A DNA stretch of 64,000 nt from Podarcis muralis. Lineage: Eukaryota. The notes below the pieces were generated by a model. That model was not told where the DNA came from. It made no database searches and was given only the letters and a program-made list of their open reading frames with translations. Positions 22,401 through 36,394 of this stretch are shown here, piece by piece. A program made the translations under genes and the position numbers. Numbering within the stretch: position 1 is the stretch's first letter; each line of letters starts with the position of its first letter. The stretch lies in assembly GCF_964188315.1 (NCBI RefSeq), contig NC_135656.1, positions 3,472,001 to 3,536,000 on the forward strand, in the 5' to 3' direction.

Positions 22401-23453
22401 AAATACGCAAGTCCAGTTCTGTAGCTGCATGACATCCTCCACGCCCAAATGCTCTCCCGTACTGTTTCCCCCACTTAATCAGGATACACCATCTCCATTG
22501 AAACCTCTGCTCAGTGACACCCATCCAAGAGAAAAGTGCTGACCGTCTTCACGCAGATACAGTTCTGCGCAGGGGTCTGGCCGACAAGTTCTTCCCGCGT
22601 GTGGGGATGTTTTCAGGGGCTCTTTGCTTTTCCCTGCCTCCCCTTTCATCCTCACCTGAGGAGATCTTGGCCATTCTCTTGACAGGGACCTCCGTTCTCA
22701 GGCTGGATTTCTGTTTTCCTTCATCCCTCCTTCTCCCGGTCTGGTTCAATGAGCAAATAAGAGAGAGGAGGTCTCATGCAAGTCAAGGTGTGCAATGGAT
22801 CTTCAGGGCATTTGGAAGGAAGAAAAGGTTCAGGAACAAGCGACACAGCAGCCCCCCAAGCGTAGAAACACATTTGAACATATCGCTCATGAGATTCGCC
22901 CCCCCCCCCTTAGGATATAAATGCCGAACATCCTGCGCTCCTATTCAAATACAAAGTGGGGTATTTCATATGATAAGCACAGAGGAAGCTGCCTTATACG
23001 GAGCCAGACCAATTTTGAGAAAGTGCTACATGGGCTACTCCACCAATTGGCTATCAATGAGAACATAGCAAAACACAAAATGGCTGCCACATGGTGTGGT
23101 ATGAAATAAATTTGCCTGGCTGTGGGGCGTGAAGGCCGCACCCTGCAAGACCCTTCCCACGTGGCTTAGGCCCAGACTTGCTAGCCCCACAAAAGAGGCT
23201 CCTCATGAGGCCAGAGGAACATGGCCTGGCTGTGGGGCATGATTCGAAACCTCCAGTCCCAGTCCAGTGCTCTAACCACTAAACCACACTGCCCCCCATT
23301 GCAGTCTATAATAGCCTGGAGGGCCACAGATGCCCCATATTCTCTGGCTCTGAGATTGCCCAAAGTTTCCTTTCTCTCCCTGGTTGTGCACAAAGAAAAA
23401 TGCCCATGACAAAATGTGACATTTTTGGTTCTTTGGAGACAGTTCTGCTTCCC

Positions 23454-23502
<49 letters not shown>

Positions 23503-24599
23503 ATTTAAAGGAGCCTCATCCCTTTTCCCACCCAACTTCCTCCTGCACACAGCTTCAAAATTTCAATGAAGAACTAACTAAATAACCAACCCATAATTGG
23601 AATTTATGAGATTAAGGAGATAAATTATTTTTATATAATGAAAATAGATGGGAGGATAAGTTAATTGCGCAAGGCGAGAATATATAGGATGGCAAAAAAT
23701 TAAAACAAAGATTATGATTTGGTTTCTTAAAATAACACCAACACATGCCTCCTCAGTGGATTTCAGAACAAATGTCTCTCTCTTTTTTTAAATTACGCAA
23801 ACACTGTAATGCAAGGAGTTGTAGTGACAATGCAGTGAGATTCTACTCAGAGAAAGCCTATCGGAATGAATGGGTTTGAATTAGTTGTGTCCTTTAGTTT
23901 TTGCTTTTAATCTGGATAATACCTAATTAGGGGTAGGGATTGCTTTGCTTTCTTTCTGTTCTTGTTTTTATTAAGTATTTTGTTGGGTTGTTTTTGTCGT
24001 TGTTGAAATTCCACAAATTGCACATCAGGATTCGTTACATAGTAAGTCCCCCCCCCCCCCCTTTTCTATTATCTGCTTCCCATCCCACTTCCTAGGATGT
24101 TTCTTTCTTTTCCACCCTTAGCTGCAACTTATCTTCCCTCTTTTATATCAGAACTCTAATGCTCTATTAGAATTAAAAGAGGGGGAAACCCAGCCGGATG
24201 GGCGGGGTCTAACTAAACTATTATTGTTGTCTTATTTATTTATTTGTGTTTTTATCTTGTATAAAAAATAAAACCCCCCAAAACCCAAAGTTGAAGCAAG
24301 AAGGCATCTTCAAATGTTAAATAAACGCAAGCAGTGAATTGTCAGGACTTGGAAGCCCCCCTGGTGATGAATTCACTCTTTCCACCCACCCACCCCCCTT
24401 TCAAAAATGTGCATGGAATGAAAGAGCTGGCATTCAATTCTATTCTTTTAAAAGCATATTTTCTATTATCATTGGGTCCATTCGGACAAATATTGGGTCC
24501 TTTCTCTCACTTTTGACCCTTCTTGATTCCCTCATTTCTGGGGGTTGGACTAGATGACCCATGGGGTCCCTTCCAACTCTTCCGTTCTACGATTCTCTC

Positions 24600-25244
24600 A
24601 TAGAATCATAGAGTTGGAAGAGACCACAGGGGCCATCGAGTCCAACCCCCTGCCAAGCAGGAAACACCATCAGAGCACTCCTGACATATGGTTGTCAAGC
24701 CTCTGCTTAAAGACCTCCAAAGAAGGAGACTCCACCACACTCCTTGGCAGCAAATTCCACTGTCGAACAGCTCTTACTGTCAGGAAGTTCTTCCTAATGT
24801 TTAGGTGGAATCTTCTTTCTTGTAGTTTGGATCCATTGCTCCGTGTCCGCTTCTCTGGAGCAGCAGAAAACAGCCTTTCTCCCTCCTCTATGTGACATCC
24901 TTTTATATATTTGTACATGGCTATCATATCACCCCGTAACCTCCTCTTCTCCAGGCTAAACATGCCCAGCTCCCTTAGCCGTTCCTCATAAGGCATCGTT
25001 TCCAGGCCTTTGACCATTTTGGTTGCCCTCCTCTGGACACGTTCGAGTTTGTCAGTGTCCTTCTTGAACTGTGGTGCCCAGAACTGGACACAGTACTCCA
25101 GGTGAGGTCTGACCAGAGCAGAATACAGTGGCACTATTACTTCCCTTGATCTAGATGCTATACTCCTATTGATGAGGCCCAGAATTGCATTGGCTTTTTT
25201 AGCTGCCGCGTCACATTGTTGGCTCATGTCAAGTTTGTGGTCAA
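24600..25244 (-). mobile_element. Young 5'-truncated CR1 LINE, unit 2 only
   Basis: Stop-free 185-aa RT C-terminus ([22 protein letters not shown]), (ATTCTATG)-type tail, TSD ctctc at 24595-24599 and 25245-25249. Empty site in the other units. Confidence 0.93.
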
Positions 25245-25947
25245 CTCTCGCCTACAATTCCGACACCCGCTTCAGGTTGTACCAATCATACCAGCAGATA
25301 AACCACATTTTCTTCAGTTGATGGTATTTTTTTAGGGGGTAGAAAGGAGTGTGGCTTTGTTTGGGAGGTTTTTGTTAGGAAATCCTGACATCCAGTGGAT
25401 GGGGAACGCATGACAGCTGACGTTACACGCCCAACATCCACTTAAAAGCCATATGGTGCCTTGAAACGCTTCCCCCAAAAGGATTCTGGGAGCTGTAGTG
25501 CTGAGAGCCGTTTGGAGACCCCCCCCCTATTCCCCTCCCAGAACTACCATTCCCAGAGTTCCCTGGGAAGTTGTGGGCATCTCTTTTGAGAGGCAATGGA
25601 GTGCGCCTCCGGGGGTGAAATCAAAGCTTTTCAGCAGCCGCTAGAAGGAAAAACAAAGGAGACGCCTGCGAGAAGCCAAGTTACAGGGAACCAGGCAGAG
25701 GCCTTCTCAGTGGTGGCGCCTTCTTCATGGTGATCCACTACTGCTTTAAGGGAGGTCTTGGAATAAGTAGATTTGTTGCTGATCCCAAACACCCACCCAC
25801 CCCACTCACACATGAAAACAAAGACCACCACAGCCAACTACAAAGGAATAACCACACACTAGGCCAACCCCAACCTCTCTCACCACCAAAGGAACACAAG
25901 CAAACACAAGCAAACAAAATCTTAAATAAATAAATAAATAAATACTA

Positions 25948-25986
<39 letters not shown>

Positions 25987-26125
25987 ATACTAGTCCTAAA
26001 AAAGAGGCCTCCTCACCTGAAGGACCTCAAAGCCCACCTGAAGTACCAAAACAAAACTATCAGATCCTGATCCATGGAGATCCATGCGTGTATGGAGCGA
26101 TCTGCGTGGATCTGGATCTGATAGT

Positions 26126-26224
26126 TTAGTCTTTACGGTTGAAGGGAATCACATGTATAATCGTATGTTTGGGAACATCAGGTGGGCTTTGATGTCCTTC
26201 AGGTGACCTTTGGGGTGTATGGCT
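26126..26224 (-). pseudogene. Claudin 3'-end stub 2
   Basis: Same breakpoint as stub 1. Confidence 0.9.
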
Positions 26225-26601
26225 GTGGCATTTGCCTCTTAGGATGGGTCATAAGGAAAGGGTTAAAATGGGTGTGATGTGATTGGCCAGTGAGAATGCA
26301 AGGGGGGAGTAAAAGTTAGAGTGGGAGGTTTTGAAAGTCAGTTGAGGTTTGGGAGTTGGAGAAGGAAGAGGGAGAAATAGGCCGTGGGTTGGTCAAGTTG
26401 TATTGTGAGAGAGTGAGAGGAATTGTTAGGTGGAGTCAGATAGATACCGGTAGTTGGAATAATCAGTTTGGAGTTGTTAGGAACTAAGATGAAGCAACTG
26501 ACAAGAGAAAAATAAACTGAAACCATACGCTTGTTCCTGCATTTAATAATAAACTTGATCATTTGTTAATGTTAACAACTGTCTGGACTCTGTGTGTCAC
26601 A
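26224..26601 (+). mobile_element. Solo LTR, second copy
   Basis: Paralogous to 15380-15757. Confidence 0.7.
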
Positions 26602-27200
26602 GTGGTGGCCACATGTGGTGGGAGTGTGAAAAGATAAAAAAAAATTGGGACTTAATATATAATGAATTGAAGAAGCTTTTTAAGTATACATTGCCGAAAA
26701 AACTGGGGGCTTTTTTATTAGGGATAATAGGGGAGGAAGTAAAAAAGGAGGATCATAAATTATTCCAATATGCTACAGCAGCAGCTAGGATCCTTGTAGC
26801 TCAAAAGTGGAAGTCACAGGAGACCCCAACGGTTATGGAATGGCAGGCTAAATTTTTTGAATACACAGAATTAGCTAAAAAGACGTATAAAATCTGGGAC
26901 CAAAAAGGGACAAAGTTTGAAGAAGAATGGGGTAAATTTGTGGCATACATAAGAATTAACTGTAGAAGTTTAAAAACTACAGCAGGGTAAACATAAATCC
27001 TGTGATGTGTATAGAAGTTAATAAGAATCTGTAAGAGAAGATATATATTAAGAAAACCGCAGCTGGGAAGGAAGGAAGTCTGGGCGTGAATATACGCAGT
27101 GTAAATAAGATGACATAAAATGATGACTGTAAAAGATTGTTTTATTTCGTTTGTGAAAAAACTGAATAAAAAGTATTTGCAAAAAAAGAAAAAGAAAGAA
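26602..27200 (+). mobile_element. L1 3' fragment, second copy
   Basis: ORF 26592..26990. Confidence 0.85.
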
Positions 27201-27427
27201 AGCAATCACAATGGTGGCACAGGGTCAATAGACCGTCAAATGTCCGGGGGCCCTGTGTGATCGCCACGAAATTGGTGGTAGCGGTGGGAAAACAACCGTA
27301 CCTGCGGTGCAATAACATCACTACCTGTCACCACAGAAGTGGTAGGCAAGTGGTGGGATTTGGTGGGGAAAACAATACACCTGGAGGGGGGAGGGTAAAT
27401 CTGTGAAGGGATTACCTAGCCCGGGGG

Positions 27428-30023
27428 TGTAGTTGCGTGGCGAGTTCCCGCCCCCCACCAGGATAAATAAAGACACGAGACACCATAGTTTAAGGTTAAA
27501 TGGGCGAATTAGGCCACAACTTTATTGAATTCAGGAATGAGAGACATTGGCTTAGGCATTGGTCCTAACGACTATCCGGCTCCAGCCCATTTGCTGGAGA
27601 CACGGGGAAGGGTTAACACTAAATCGGGGGAGTCTCCCGCCGAGGCATGTCGACTAGGAGCTCCCCCGGGTCACCGCTCTGGGGCGTGCCTTTGGCCCTC
27701 ACCTCCATAGGCTTCGGACAGGGCCACACCCCCCGGAGACCTTTAACGGACCACCCTTCGCTCACTGGGGGGAGGTGATGGCGTTCCTCCCCCCCCCACA
27801 TCCTCTTAACCCCTTCTTACCAATGCCTACCGCCACACGAGCAATCGCTCACCGCCAATACTCTCATGCCTGAAACCAATCTCTTACCCCCTTTGCTATA
27901 TCAGTCAGCCACATGTCATTTCCCACATCTGAAAGATGCACGCCATCAAGCCGGTAGAGGGCCTCCCACCCACCCAGGGCTGCCACTCTACGCACCACCG
28001 CCCGATCCAAGGCTTTCCTAGCCCTATTTGTGGCTATCGGGCACCTGCTCTCTCTCCAAACCCGGCTTTCCATCAACAAGGCCCCAAGAATGGTGATGTT
28101 TGGATAAGAGGCCTTACGCACCACCGCCCGATCCAAGGCTTTCCTAGCCCTATTTGTGGCTATCGGGCACCTGCTCTCTCCCCAAACCTGGCTTTCCATC
28201 ACCAAGGCCCCAAGAATGGTGATGTTTGGATAAGAGGCCTTAAGTTCCTCAAAGTCACTAAAGATATGCCACATCAAGTCGACTGCCTTTCTGTAAACTG
28301 AATCCTTTTCGCCTAATTGGATAACCCAAGCATCTGGGGGGGCCCACCGCTGCCGCTCTGGCCCTAATTGCAGGCAACATTCCGGCCCAGTGCATTTCCC
28401 TCCGAGAGATCCATGATATATTGATGTAGTTTAAGGTGCGGCCCGAGACCGGAATTGATGGCGCAGACCCTGGCCCAATGCACAATGCTGTGCCCGATTA
28501 TCCAGATGCGCGCCCTCATAGCTCCTGCACCATAGGGTCCCTGTTAACGGCATGGTTTCTAACCCGGTGGACAGTGCAGGGACAGTGCAGGGCCTATAAT
28601 CCAAATGTGCACCACAACGTCACCTGAAAGCAAAAGAAGGTAACGAAGCCAGGTCAAGTATACTGTGAACAATCACAAGGTCTTACGAATATATCCCTTA
28701 AATGCATCAGACTTCCACTGCCCCCAAGTCCTTCATCCTTTCAGCTAAGAGTCGCAAATGCAGTGCTGTGGTGGCGGCCCCAATCCTAAAGGAGTTAGCC
28801 ACGAATTCAGCTGAGGATAAACCGCAGGCAGCAATCACCCTTTGCATAATGCACGTGGACTGATGCCATGCAAGGCGGGAGCCAACCAAATGTATAAGAA
28901 ATGGACCTGAGACGGTTGGTCTCACGTACATGAAATGTTTAGTGTCCTTTACTGCTGATCGGTTTTGGAACATTGGACATGCAGGACTAAATTGGATCTG
29001 AACAAGGTCAGGTCTCTCAAACTAACCCCAGGCAGCGGATTCTGGTTGGCCCTTACAAACCACTTCGCCAATGCGCATAGCGCCAAATGCAATGGAGTAT
29101 GCAGCTGAAAATAACCGGGCCTTGTCCTCGGACCAACAGATACTCCATATTTTATTTTATTATTATAATTTTAATTTTATTTAATTATTTATTTATTTTG
29201 GAATTGGCATAGAATGTCATAAGGGCCTTCTACCATCACTTTTAGGAGGCTGCAGCCTGCGCCAGCCCTACAACAACAACAACAACAATCATAATAGGAA
29301 TAATAAAAAAATTCCTTCCAGTAGCACCCCAAAGACCAACTAAGTTAGTTCTTGGTATGAGCTTTCGTGTGCATGCACACTTCTTCAGATACTAATAATT
29401 TATTATTTGTACCCCGCCCATCTGGCTGTGTTTCCCCAGCCACTCTGGGCGGCTTCCAACAAAACACGACCCAGCACCCTCCAATGTACCAAGTATTGCA
29501 GAGCTTCAGCCTTGGTAGGAGGTGTGTCAAGCCTAGGATTTACTAATTTGCCTTGAGGTGTGTCAAGCCTAGCATTTATTCATTTATTCATTTATTATTT
29601 ATTTATTTATAAATTTGCCTTGGAACTCCATAAGATCTAAGCGTGGACGGGGCTCCTGAAGCTAATACTCCCTTCAGGACATCACGTTCCCAAGGCTCCA
29701 AAGGTGCACCCGGAATGGCTGTGGCAATTTGCTGCGCCTGAGCATCTGTGATGTCATTGTTAACCCTAGGGGTAAATTTGGTAGAGAAATAGATGTTTAA
29801 TTCTAAGCACAAAAGGACAAAGGTCCGGGACAGATCTGCCACTCTAGGAGAGTGCGATAATCGCTTTGACAGGACACTGACAACCGTTTGATTGTCGGTC
29901 CAGAAGCATACCTGGTGATTCCTGAACTCGTCAGCACGCAAATGCCATTGTACTTTTCCAGGAACTTCAACCCAACCTTCAGGTCTGACTTTACCACTTT
30001 AGAGAGGCGCACTCAGTGTTGGG
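27428..30023 (-). mobile_element. Ngaro-like fragment, second copy
   Basis: RH 29603..29941, YR 28707..28973, SGNH remnant 27864-28500. Confidence 0.8.
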
Positions 30024-30219
30024 TACATGAGAGAGAGACATTGCACACTTTTGTAAATCAACAAAATCTTTAATAAATAAATACTAGTCCTAAAAAAGAG
30101 GCCTCCTCACCTGAAGGACCTCAAAGCCCACCTGAAGTCCCAAAACAAAACTATCAGATCCTGATCCATGGAGATCCATGCGTGTATGGAGCGATCTGCG
30201 TGGATCTGCATCTGATAGT

Positions 30220-31326
30220 TTAGTCTTTACAGTTGAAGGGAATCACATGTATAATCGTATGTTTGGGGACATCAGGTGGGCTTTGATGTCCTTCAGGTGA
30301 CCTTTGGGGTGTATGGCTTTCCTCCCTCTCCACTGTGCAGGATTCCTCTGGAATGACAAGATCACTTGCACAGCTTTCCTCCATCTCCACTGCGCAGGAT
30401 TCCTCTGGAATGACAAGATCACTTGCACAGCTTTCCTCCATCTCAACTGCGCAGGATTCCTCTGGAATGACAAGATCTTCCGCATGGGTCTTCTCCATCT
30501 CCACTGCGGAGGATTTCTCTTGAATTACCAGGTCCAGCAGAGAACCACACTTCGAACAAGTAGTAAGACTCTCGCTTTTCACCCCACTTCCTGGGGTAAT
30601 CACCACCACCGTTTCTATTTGAGATGTATCTGTTGCGGTGGTCCTGATGCAACATCTCTCCATCCCAACCAATGCTGCACTCAGCAGCTGGAAACCCGCA
30701 GCGATATAGCCTAGATAAATAGAAGGTCCAATATGCTGCTCGCTGGGAATTTGAGGCAATTCAAAAGCTTCTGGGAAGACAATTTCCCCATTTTGTAAGA
30801 CAGCAGACATGTTCCATATCACAGAAATCAGGACGAGTATCCCTGCAGGTAAGTTCAGCAGAGCTCCAAGGCTAAAAAAGGTTAACACAAAATCCTTATG
30901 TTTTCTGGGCTTGAACACATTGTACAAAGCAAATGAAATTAATCCGAGGGCCGCTGAATTCATGATGGAAGCTAATGCCATTAAATCTTGGGCAATAAAA
31001 ATTTCCCTTGGGAGGGTTGGATGTTGCTCATTGAGGTCTTCGCAATGCCAAAAAGCGTTGCCGTCGTTAGAAGGGTCTTTCCAAAAACAGACCTGCCAGA
31101 TTCCAACCCAGATGTTCCCAGAGCCGATTCCCTTGATGTTTTCCACACGCCACACTCTCCAGTTGGCAATGGCTATTGGGGCAATGCACATCATCCAGGC
31201 CAAAATATCCGTCAGGAATGCACACAACTGGAGACCGGAAACTACACTCAGCCATTTGACCACCAGGTCTTTCACCCGCAGGGGGGGTTTGGAGAGGCGG
31301 GGAGCAGGGGAGACCTTGGCAGACAT
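30220..31326 (-). CDS. CLDN34: Claudin-34-like protein, copy 3
   Basis: Intact ORF with private M>T, S>P and I>V changes in TM1/ECL1; ends FNCKD. Confidence 0.85.
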   Translation of the reverse strand: MSAKVSPAPRLSKPPLRVKDLVVKWLSVVSGLQLCAFLTDILAWMMCIAPIAIANWRVWRVENIKGIGSGNIWVGIWQVCFWKDPSNDGNAFWHCEDLNEQHPTLPREIFIAQDLMALASIMNSAALGLISFALYNVFKPRKHKDFVLTFFSLGALLNLPAGILVLISVIWNMSAVLQNGEIVFPEAFELPQIPSEQHIGPSIYLGYIAAGFQLLSAALVGMERCCIRTTATDTSQIETVVVITPGSGVKSESLTTCSKCGSLLDLVIQEKSSAVEMEKTHAEDLVIPEESCAVEMEESCASDLVIPEESCAVEMEESCASDLVIPEESCTVEREESHTPQRSPEGHQSPPDVPKHTIIHVIPFNCKD

Positions 31327-32495
31327 CCTGGAAACAAAAGAGAAGACAAGATGCAGTGAGAGAGGGAATAACAAGCATGTCTAGTCATTGAAGGACATCC
31401 TCCCTCCTGCATTCTTCCTTCTATGCACAGAAAGAAGCAGCAAAAGAAACGAGTTCCCCTGCTCTCTCCCACCCCCTGGTGAGGTATAGACATCTGATCC
31501 AGAGAAGCCGACACTCATCGTTTCTTCCAGCACACTGCTACTGATTTAATCCACTGTTGCATTGTTCCTGGGAAAATGGCCAGAACCTCAGCAACCTGTT
31601 GTGGATGGGAAGCTGCTCATGATTCACTGCTCTGCTATCTGCTACTGCAGCTATCCTTTTCCACTGAGCCTAAACACACCTGATGGCATAGTGAGGAATG
31701 TTTAATCCATAAACTTACGTGAAATGCCTTCCTCAGCTAGAGTCTAGTGTGCCAGGAACAGAGCAGGTCTTTGCTAGGTGCTCCTGAGCCTCAAGAAGAC
31801 GGAGCTGTTGACCACTGAGCTGACGTTCGCCTGAGCAGCCAGCCAGCCACAGCAGCAACTGCTCTGCAGAATTCTTAGGTCAGTTACAGGCCAGTTAGAA
31901 TCCTGACAACAACACAAATCATAACTCCAGGGTACTGGTCATTTGGAACATCAGGAAAGTGGGAAATGGGAGGGAACTCACTTCCCTTCTTTCCCAATGC
32001 AGAGTGTCTATTCCAGGACACTGTGCAGTTAAAACACGTTCTTCCTGAAGTCAGAATCAGAGCAGTTCCAGCAGTAAAACTGGTGATACAGTATGTGTAT
32101 CTCAGTACAGATTTGTTTGATGGGCCTGAATGCATTTCATAAAGGATCTCCATGTACAAGAAAGGCTAATAGCATGAGAATTTCCTTGGCAAAATTATTG
32201 AAGACTCCTTACAAACCTATCCTTCTTCTTCCCCATCCCATCTTGTTTGGACGTTATAGTAAGGGAGAAGATCTTAGCTCTTTTCCTTTGCACTGGGACC
32301 ACATGGAGTTTGTGCCATGGGACCCCATCACTCACAATAATCCAGGCAATACCATTTTCAGAACCTAGGTGTCCATGATTTAAAATCGCTTTCCTAAGAC
32401 ACTTCCGTCAAAATATTTGTGTTGCTTTCTTTCTGTTCCTTTCTGTGTTGATGCTCCGAATGTGAGCTGCTCAGCTGCATGCAGTTTCCACTGAA

Positions 32496-32526
<31 letters not shown>

Positions 32527-32821
32527 TGTGGTTAACATTCGGCCAAGCAATGGGCCTAAATCCATGTATTTCACCTGAAATAACTTTGGGAGCCAGCCTT
32601 TAAAAATCTAAAGTGATATCAAATTCGGAGGAATTAAAAGCTGTCATCTTCTTGACTATTTTAAATATCTTAGAACATAGGTAAAGGTAAAGGGACCCCT
32701 GACCATTAGGTCTAGTTGTGCAGCAAATGGAGCATTAGAGTCATCCATTCATTTCAGGAGGTGTGACCATTGATAAGATGAAGCACTTTCACATCCACGT
32801 GGCAATGTGCAGTGCTTTTAA

Positions 32822-33106
32822 AAAGGCAAAGGACCCCCGACAGTTAAGTCCAGTCGCAAACGACTCTGGGGTTGCACCACTCATCTGGCTTTACTGGCCG
32901 AGGGAGCCGACGCTGGTCCACAAAAAACTTTTCTGGGTCATGTGGCCAGCATGACTAAGCCGCTTCTGGCAAAACCACAGCAGCGCACAGAAACACCATT
33001 TACCGTCCCTCTGGAGCGGTACCTATTTATCTACTTGCACTTTGACGTGGTTTGGAACTGCTAGGTTGGCAGGAGCAGGGACCGAGCAACGGGAGCTCAC
33101 CCCGTC
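32822..33106 (-). mobile_element. Sauria SINE, unit 3
   Basis: Paralogous to 12011-12295. Confidence 0.8.
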
Positions 33107-34175
33107 AAATACGCAAGTCCAGTTCTGTAGCTGCATGACATCCTCCACGCCCAAATGCTCTCCCGTACTGTTTCCCCCACTTAATCAGGATACACCATCT
33201 CCATTGAAACCTCTGCTCAGTGACACCCATCCAAGAGAAAAGTGCTGACCGTCTTCACGCAGATACAGTTCCGCGCAGGGGTCTGGCCGACAAGTTCTTC
33301 CCGAGTGTGGGGATGTTTTCAGGGGCTCTTTGCTTTTCCCTGCCTCCCCTTTCATCCTCACCTGAGGAGATCTTGGCCATTCTCTTGACAGGGACCTCCG
33401 TTCTCAGGCTGGATTTCTGTTTTCCTTCATCCCTCCTTCTCCCGGTCTGGTTCAATGAGCAAATAAGAGAGAGGAGGTCTCATGCAAGTCAAGGTGTGCA
33501 ATGGATCTTCAGGGCATTTGGAAGGAAGAAAAGGTTCAGGAACAAGCGACACAGCAGCCCCCCAAGCGTAGAAACACATTTGAACATATCGCTCATGAGA
33601 TTCACCCCCCCCCTTAGGATATAAATGCAGAACATCCTGCGCTCCTATTAAAATACAAAGTGGGGTATTTCATATGATAAGCACAGAGGAAGCTGCCTTA
33701 TACGGAGCCAGACCAATTTTGAGAAAGTGCTACATGGGCCACTCCACCAATTGGCTACCAATGAGAACATAGCAAAACACAAAATGGCTGCCATATGGTG
33801 TGGTATGAAATAAATTTGCCTGGCTGTGGGGCGTGAAGGCCGCACCCTGCAAGACCCTTCCCACGTGGCTTAGGCCCAGACTTGCTAGCCCCACAAAAGA
33901 GGCTACTCATGAGGCCAGAGGAACATGGCCTGGCTGTGGGGCATGATTCGAAACCTCCAGTCCCAGTCCAGTGCTCTAACCACTAAACCACACTGCCCCC
34001 CATTGCAGTCTATAATAGCCTGGAGGGCCACAGATGCCCCATATTCTCTGGCTCTGAGATTGCCCAAAGTTTCCTTTCTCTCCCCGGTTGTGCACAAAGA
34101 AAAATGCCCATGACAAAATGTGACCTTTTTGGTTCTTTGGAGACAGTTCTGCTTCCCTCTCTCTCCCTTTCTCTC

Positions 34176-34218
<43 letters not shown>

Positions 34219-34333
34219 ATTTAAAGGAGCCTCATCCCTTTTCCCACCCAACTTCCTCCTGCACACAGCTTCAAACTTTCCATGAAGAACTAACTAAATA
34301 ACCAACCAACCCATAATTGGAATTTATGAGATT

Positions 34334-34694
34334 TGTTGTTGTTTAGTCGTTTAGTCGTGTCCGACTCTTCGTGACCCCATGGACCAGAGCACGCCAGGCA
34401 CCTCTGTCCTCCACTACCTCCCGCAGTTTGGTCAAACTCATGCTGGTAACCTCGAAAACACTATCCAACCATCTCGTCCTCTGTCGCCCCCTTCTCCTTG
34501 TGCCCTCCATCTTTCCCAGCATCAGGGTCTTCTCCAGGGAGTCTTCTCTTCTCATGAGGTGGCCAAAGTACTGGAGCCTCAGCTTTACGATCTGTCCTTC
34601 CAGTGAGCACTCAGGGCTGATTTCCTTAAGAATGGATGCGTTTGATCTTCTTGCAGTCCATGGGACTCTCAAGAGTCTCCTCTCATAAAGAGTC
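34334..34694 (-). mobile_element. RTE-BovB 3' fragment, unit 3 only
   Basis: ORF 34343..34672, (AAC)n tail, 11-bp TSD tttatgagatt at 34323-34333 and 34695-34705. Confidence 0.93.
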
Positions 34695-36394
34695 TTTATG
34701 AGATTAAGGAGATAAATTATTTTTATATAATGAAAATAGATGGGAGGATAAGTTAATTGCGCAAGGCGAGAATATATAGGATGGCAAAAAAATAAAACAA
34801 AGATTATGATTTGGTTTCTTAAAATAACACCAACACATGCCTCCTCAGTGGATTTCAGAACAAATGTCTCTCTCTTTTTTTAAATTACGCAAACACTGTA
34901 ATGCAAGGAGTTGTAGTGACAATGCAGTGAGATTCTACTCAGAGAAAGCCTATTGGAATGAATGGGTTTGAATTAGTTGTGTCCTTTAGTTTTTGCTTTT
35001 AATCTGGATAATACCTAATTAGGGGTAGGGATTGCTTTGCTTTCTTTCTGTTCTTGTTTTTATTAAGTATTTTGTTGGGTTGTTTTTGTCGTTGTTGAAA
35101 TTCCACAAATTGCACATCAGGATTCGTTACATAGTAAGTCCCCCCCCCCCCTTTTCTATTATCTGCTTCCCATCCCACTTCCTAGGATGTTTCTTTCTTT
35201 TCCACCCTTAGCTGCAACTTATCTTCCCTCTTTTATATCAGAACTCTAATGCTCTATTGGAATTAAAAGATGGGCGGGGTCTAACTAAACTATTATTGTT
35301 GTCTTATTTATTTATTTGTGTTTTTATCTTGTATAAAAAATAAAACCCCCCAAAACCCAAAGTTGAAGCAAGAAGGCATCTTCAAATGTTAAATAAACGC
35401 AAGCAGTGAATTGTCAGGACTTGGAAGCCCCCTGGTGATGAATTCACTCTTTCCACCCACCCACCCCCCTTTCAAAAATGTGCATGGAATGAAAGAGCTG
35501 GCATTCAATTCTATTCTTTTAAAAGCATATTTTCTATTATCATTGGGTCCATTCGGACAAATATTGGGTCCTTTCTCTCACTTTTGACCCTTCTTGATTC
35601 CCTCATTTCTGGGGGTTGGACTAGATGACCCATGGGGTCCCTTCCAACTCTTCCCGTTCTACGATTCTCTCGCCTACAATTCCGACACCCACTTCATGTT
35701 GTACCAATCATACCAGCAGATAAACCACATTTTCTTCAGTTGATGGTATTTTTTTAGGGGGTAGAAAGGAGTGTGGCTTTGTTTGGGAGGTTTTTGTTAG
35801 GAAATCCTGACATCCAGTGGATGGGGAACGCATGACAGCTGACGTTACACGCCCAACATCCACTTAAAAGCCATATGGTGCCTTGAAACGCTTCCCCCAA
35901 AAGGATTCTGGGAGCTGTAGTGCTGAGAGCCGTTTGGAGACCCCCCCTATTCCCCTCCCAGAACTACCATTCCCAGAGTTCCCTGGGAAGTTGTGGGCAT
36001 CTCTTTTGAGAGGCAATGGAGTGCGCCTCCGGGGGTGAAATCAAAGCTTTTCAGCAGCCGCTAGAAGGAAAAACGAAGGAGACGCCTGCGAGAAGCCAAG
36101 TCACAGGGAACCAGGCAGAGGCCTTCTTGGTGGTGGCGCCTTCTTCATGGTGATCCACTACTGCTTTAAGGGAGGTCTTGGAATAAGTAGATTTGTTGCT
36201 GATCCAAAACACCCACCCACCCCACTCACACATGAAAACAAAGACCACCACAGCCAACTACAAAGGAATAACCACACCCTGGGCCAACCCCAACCTCTCT
36301 CACCACCAAAGGAACACAAGCAAACAGCAAAGAACCTGCACAAACAACGCTGACACCAAACCCTACATATAGCAAGTAAAATAGAAAAATCGCC

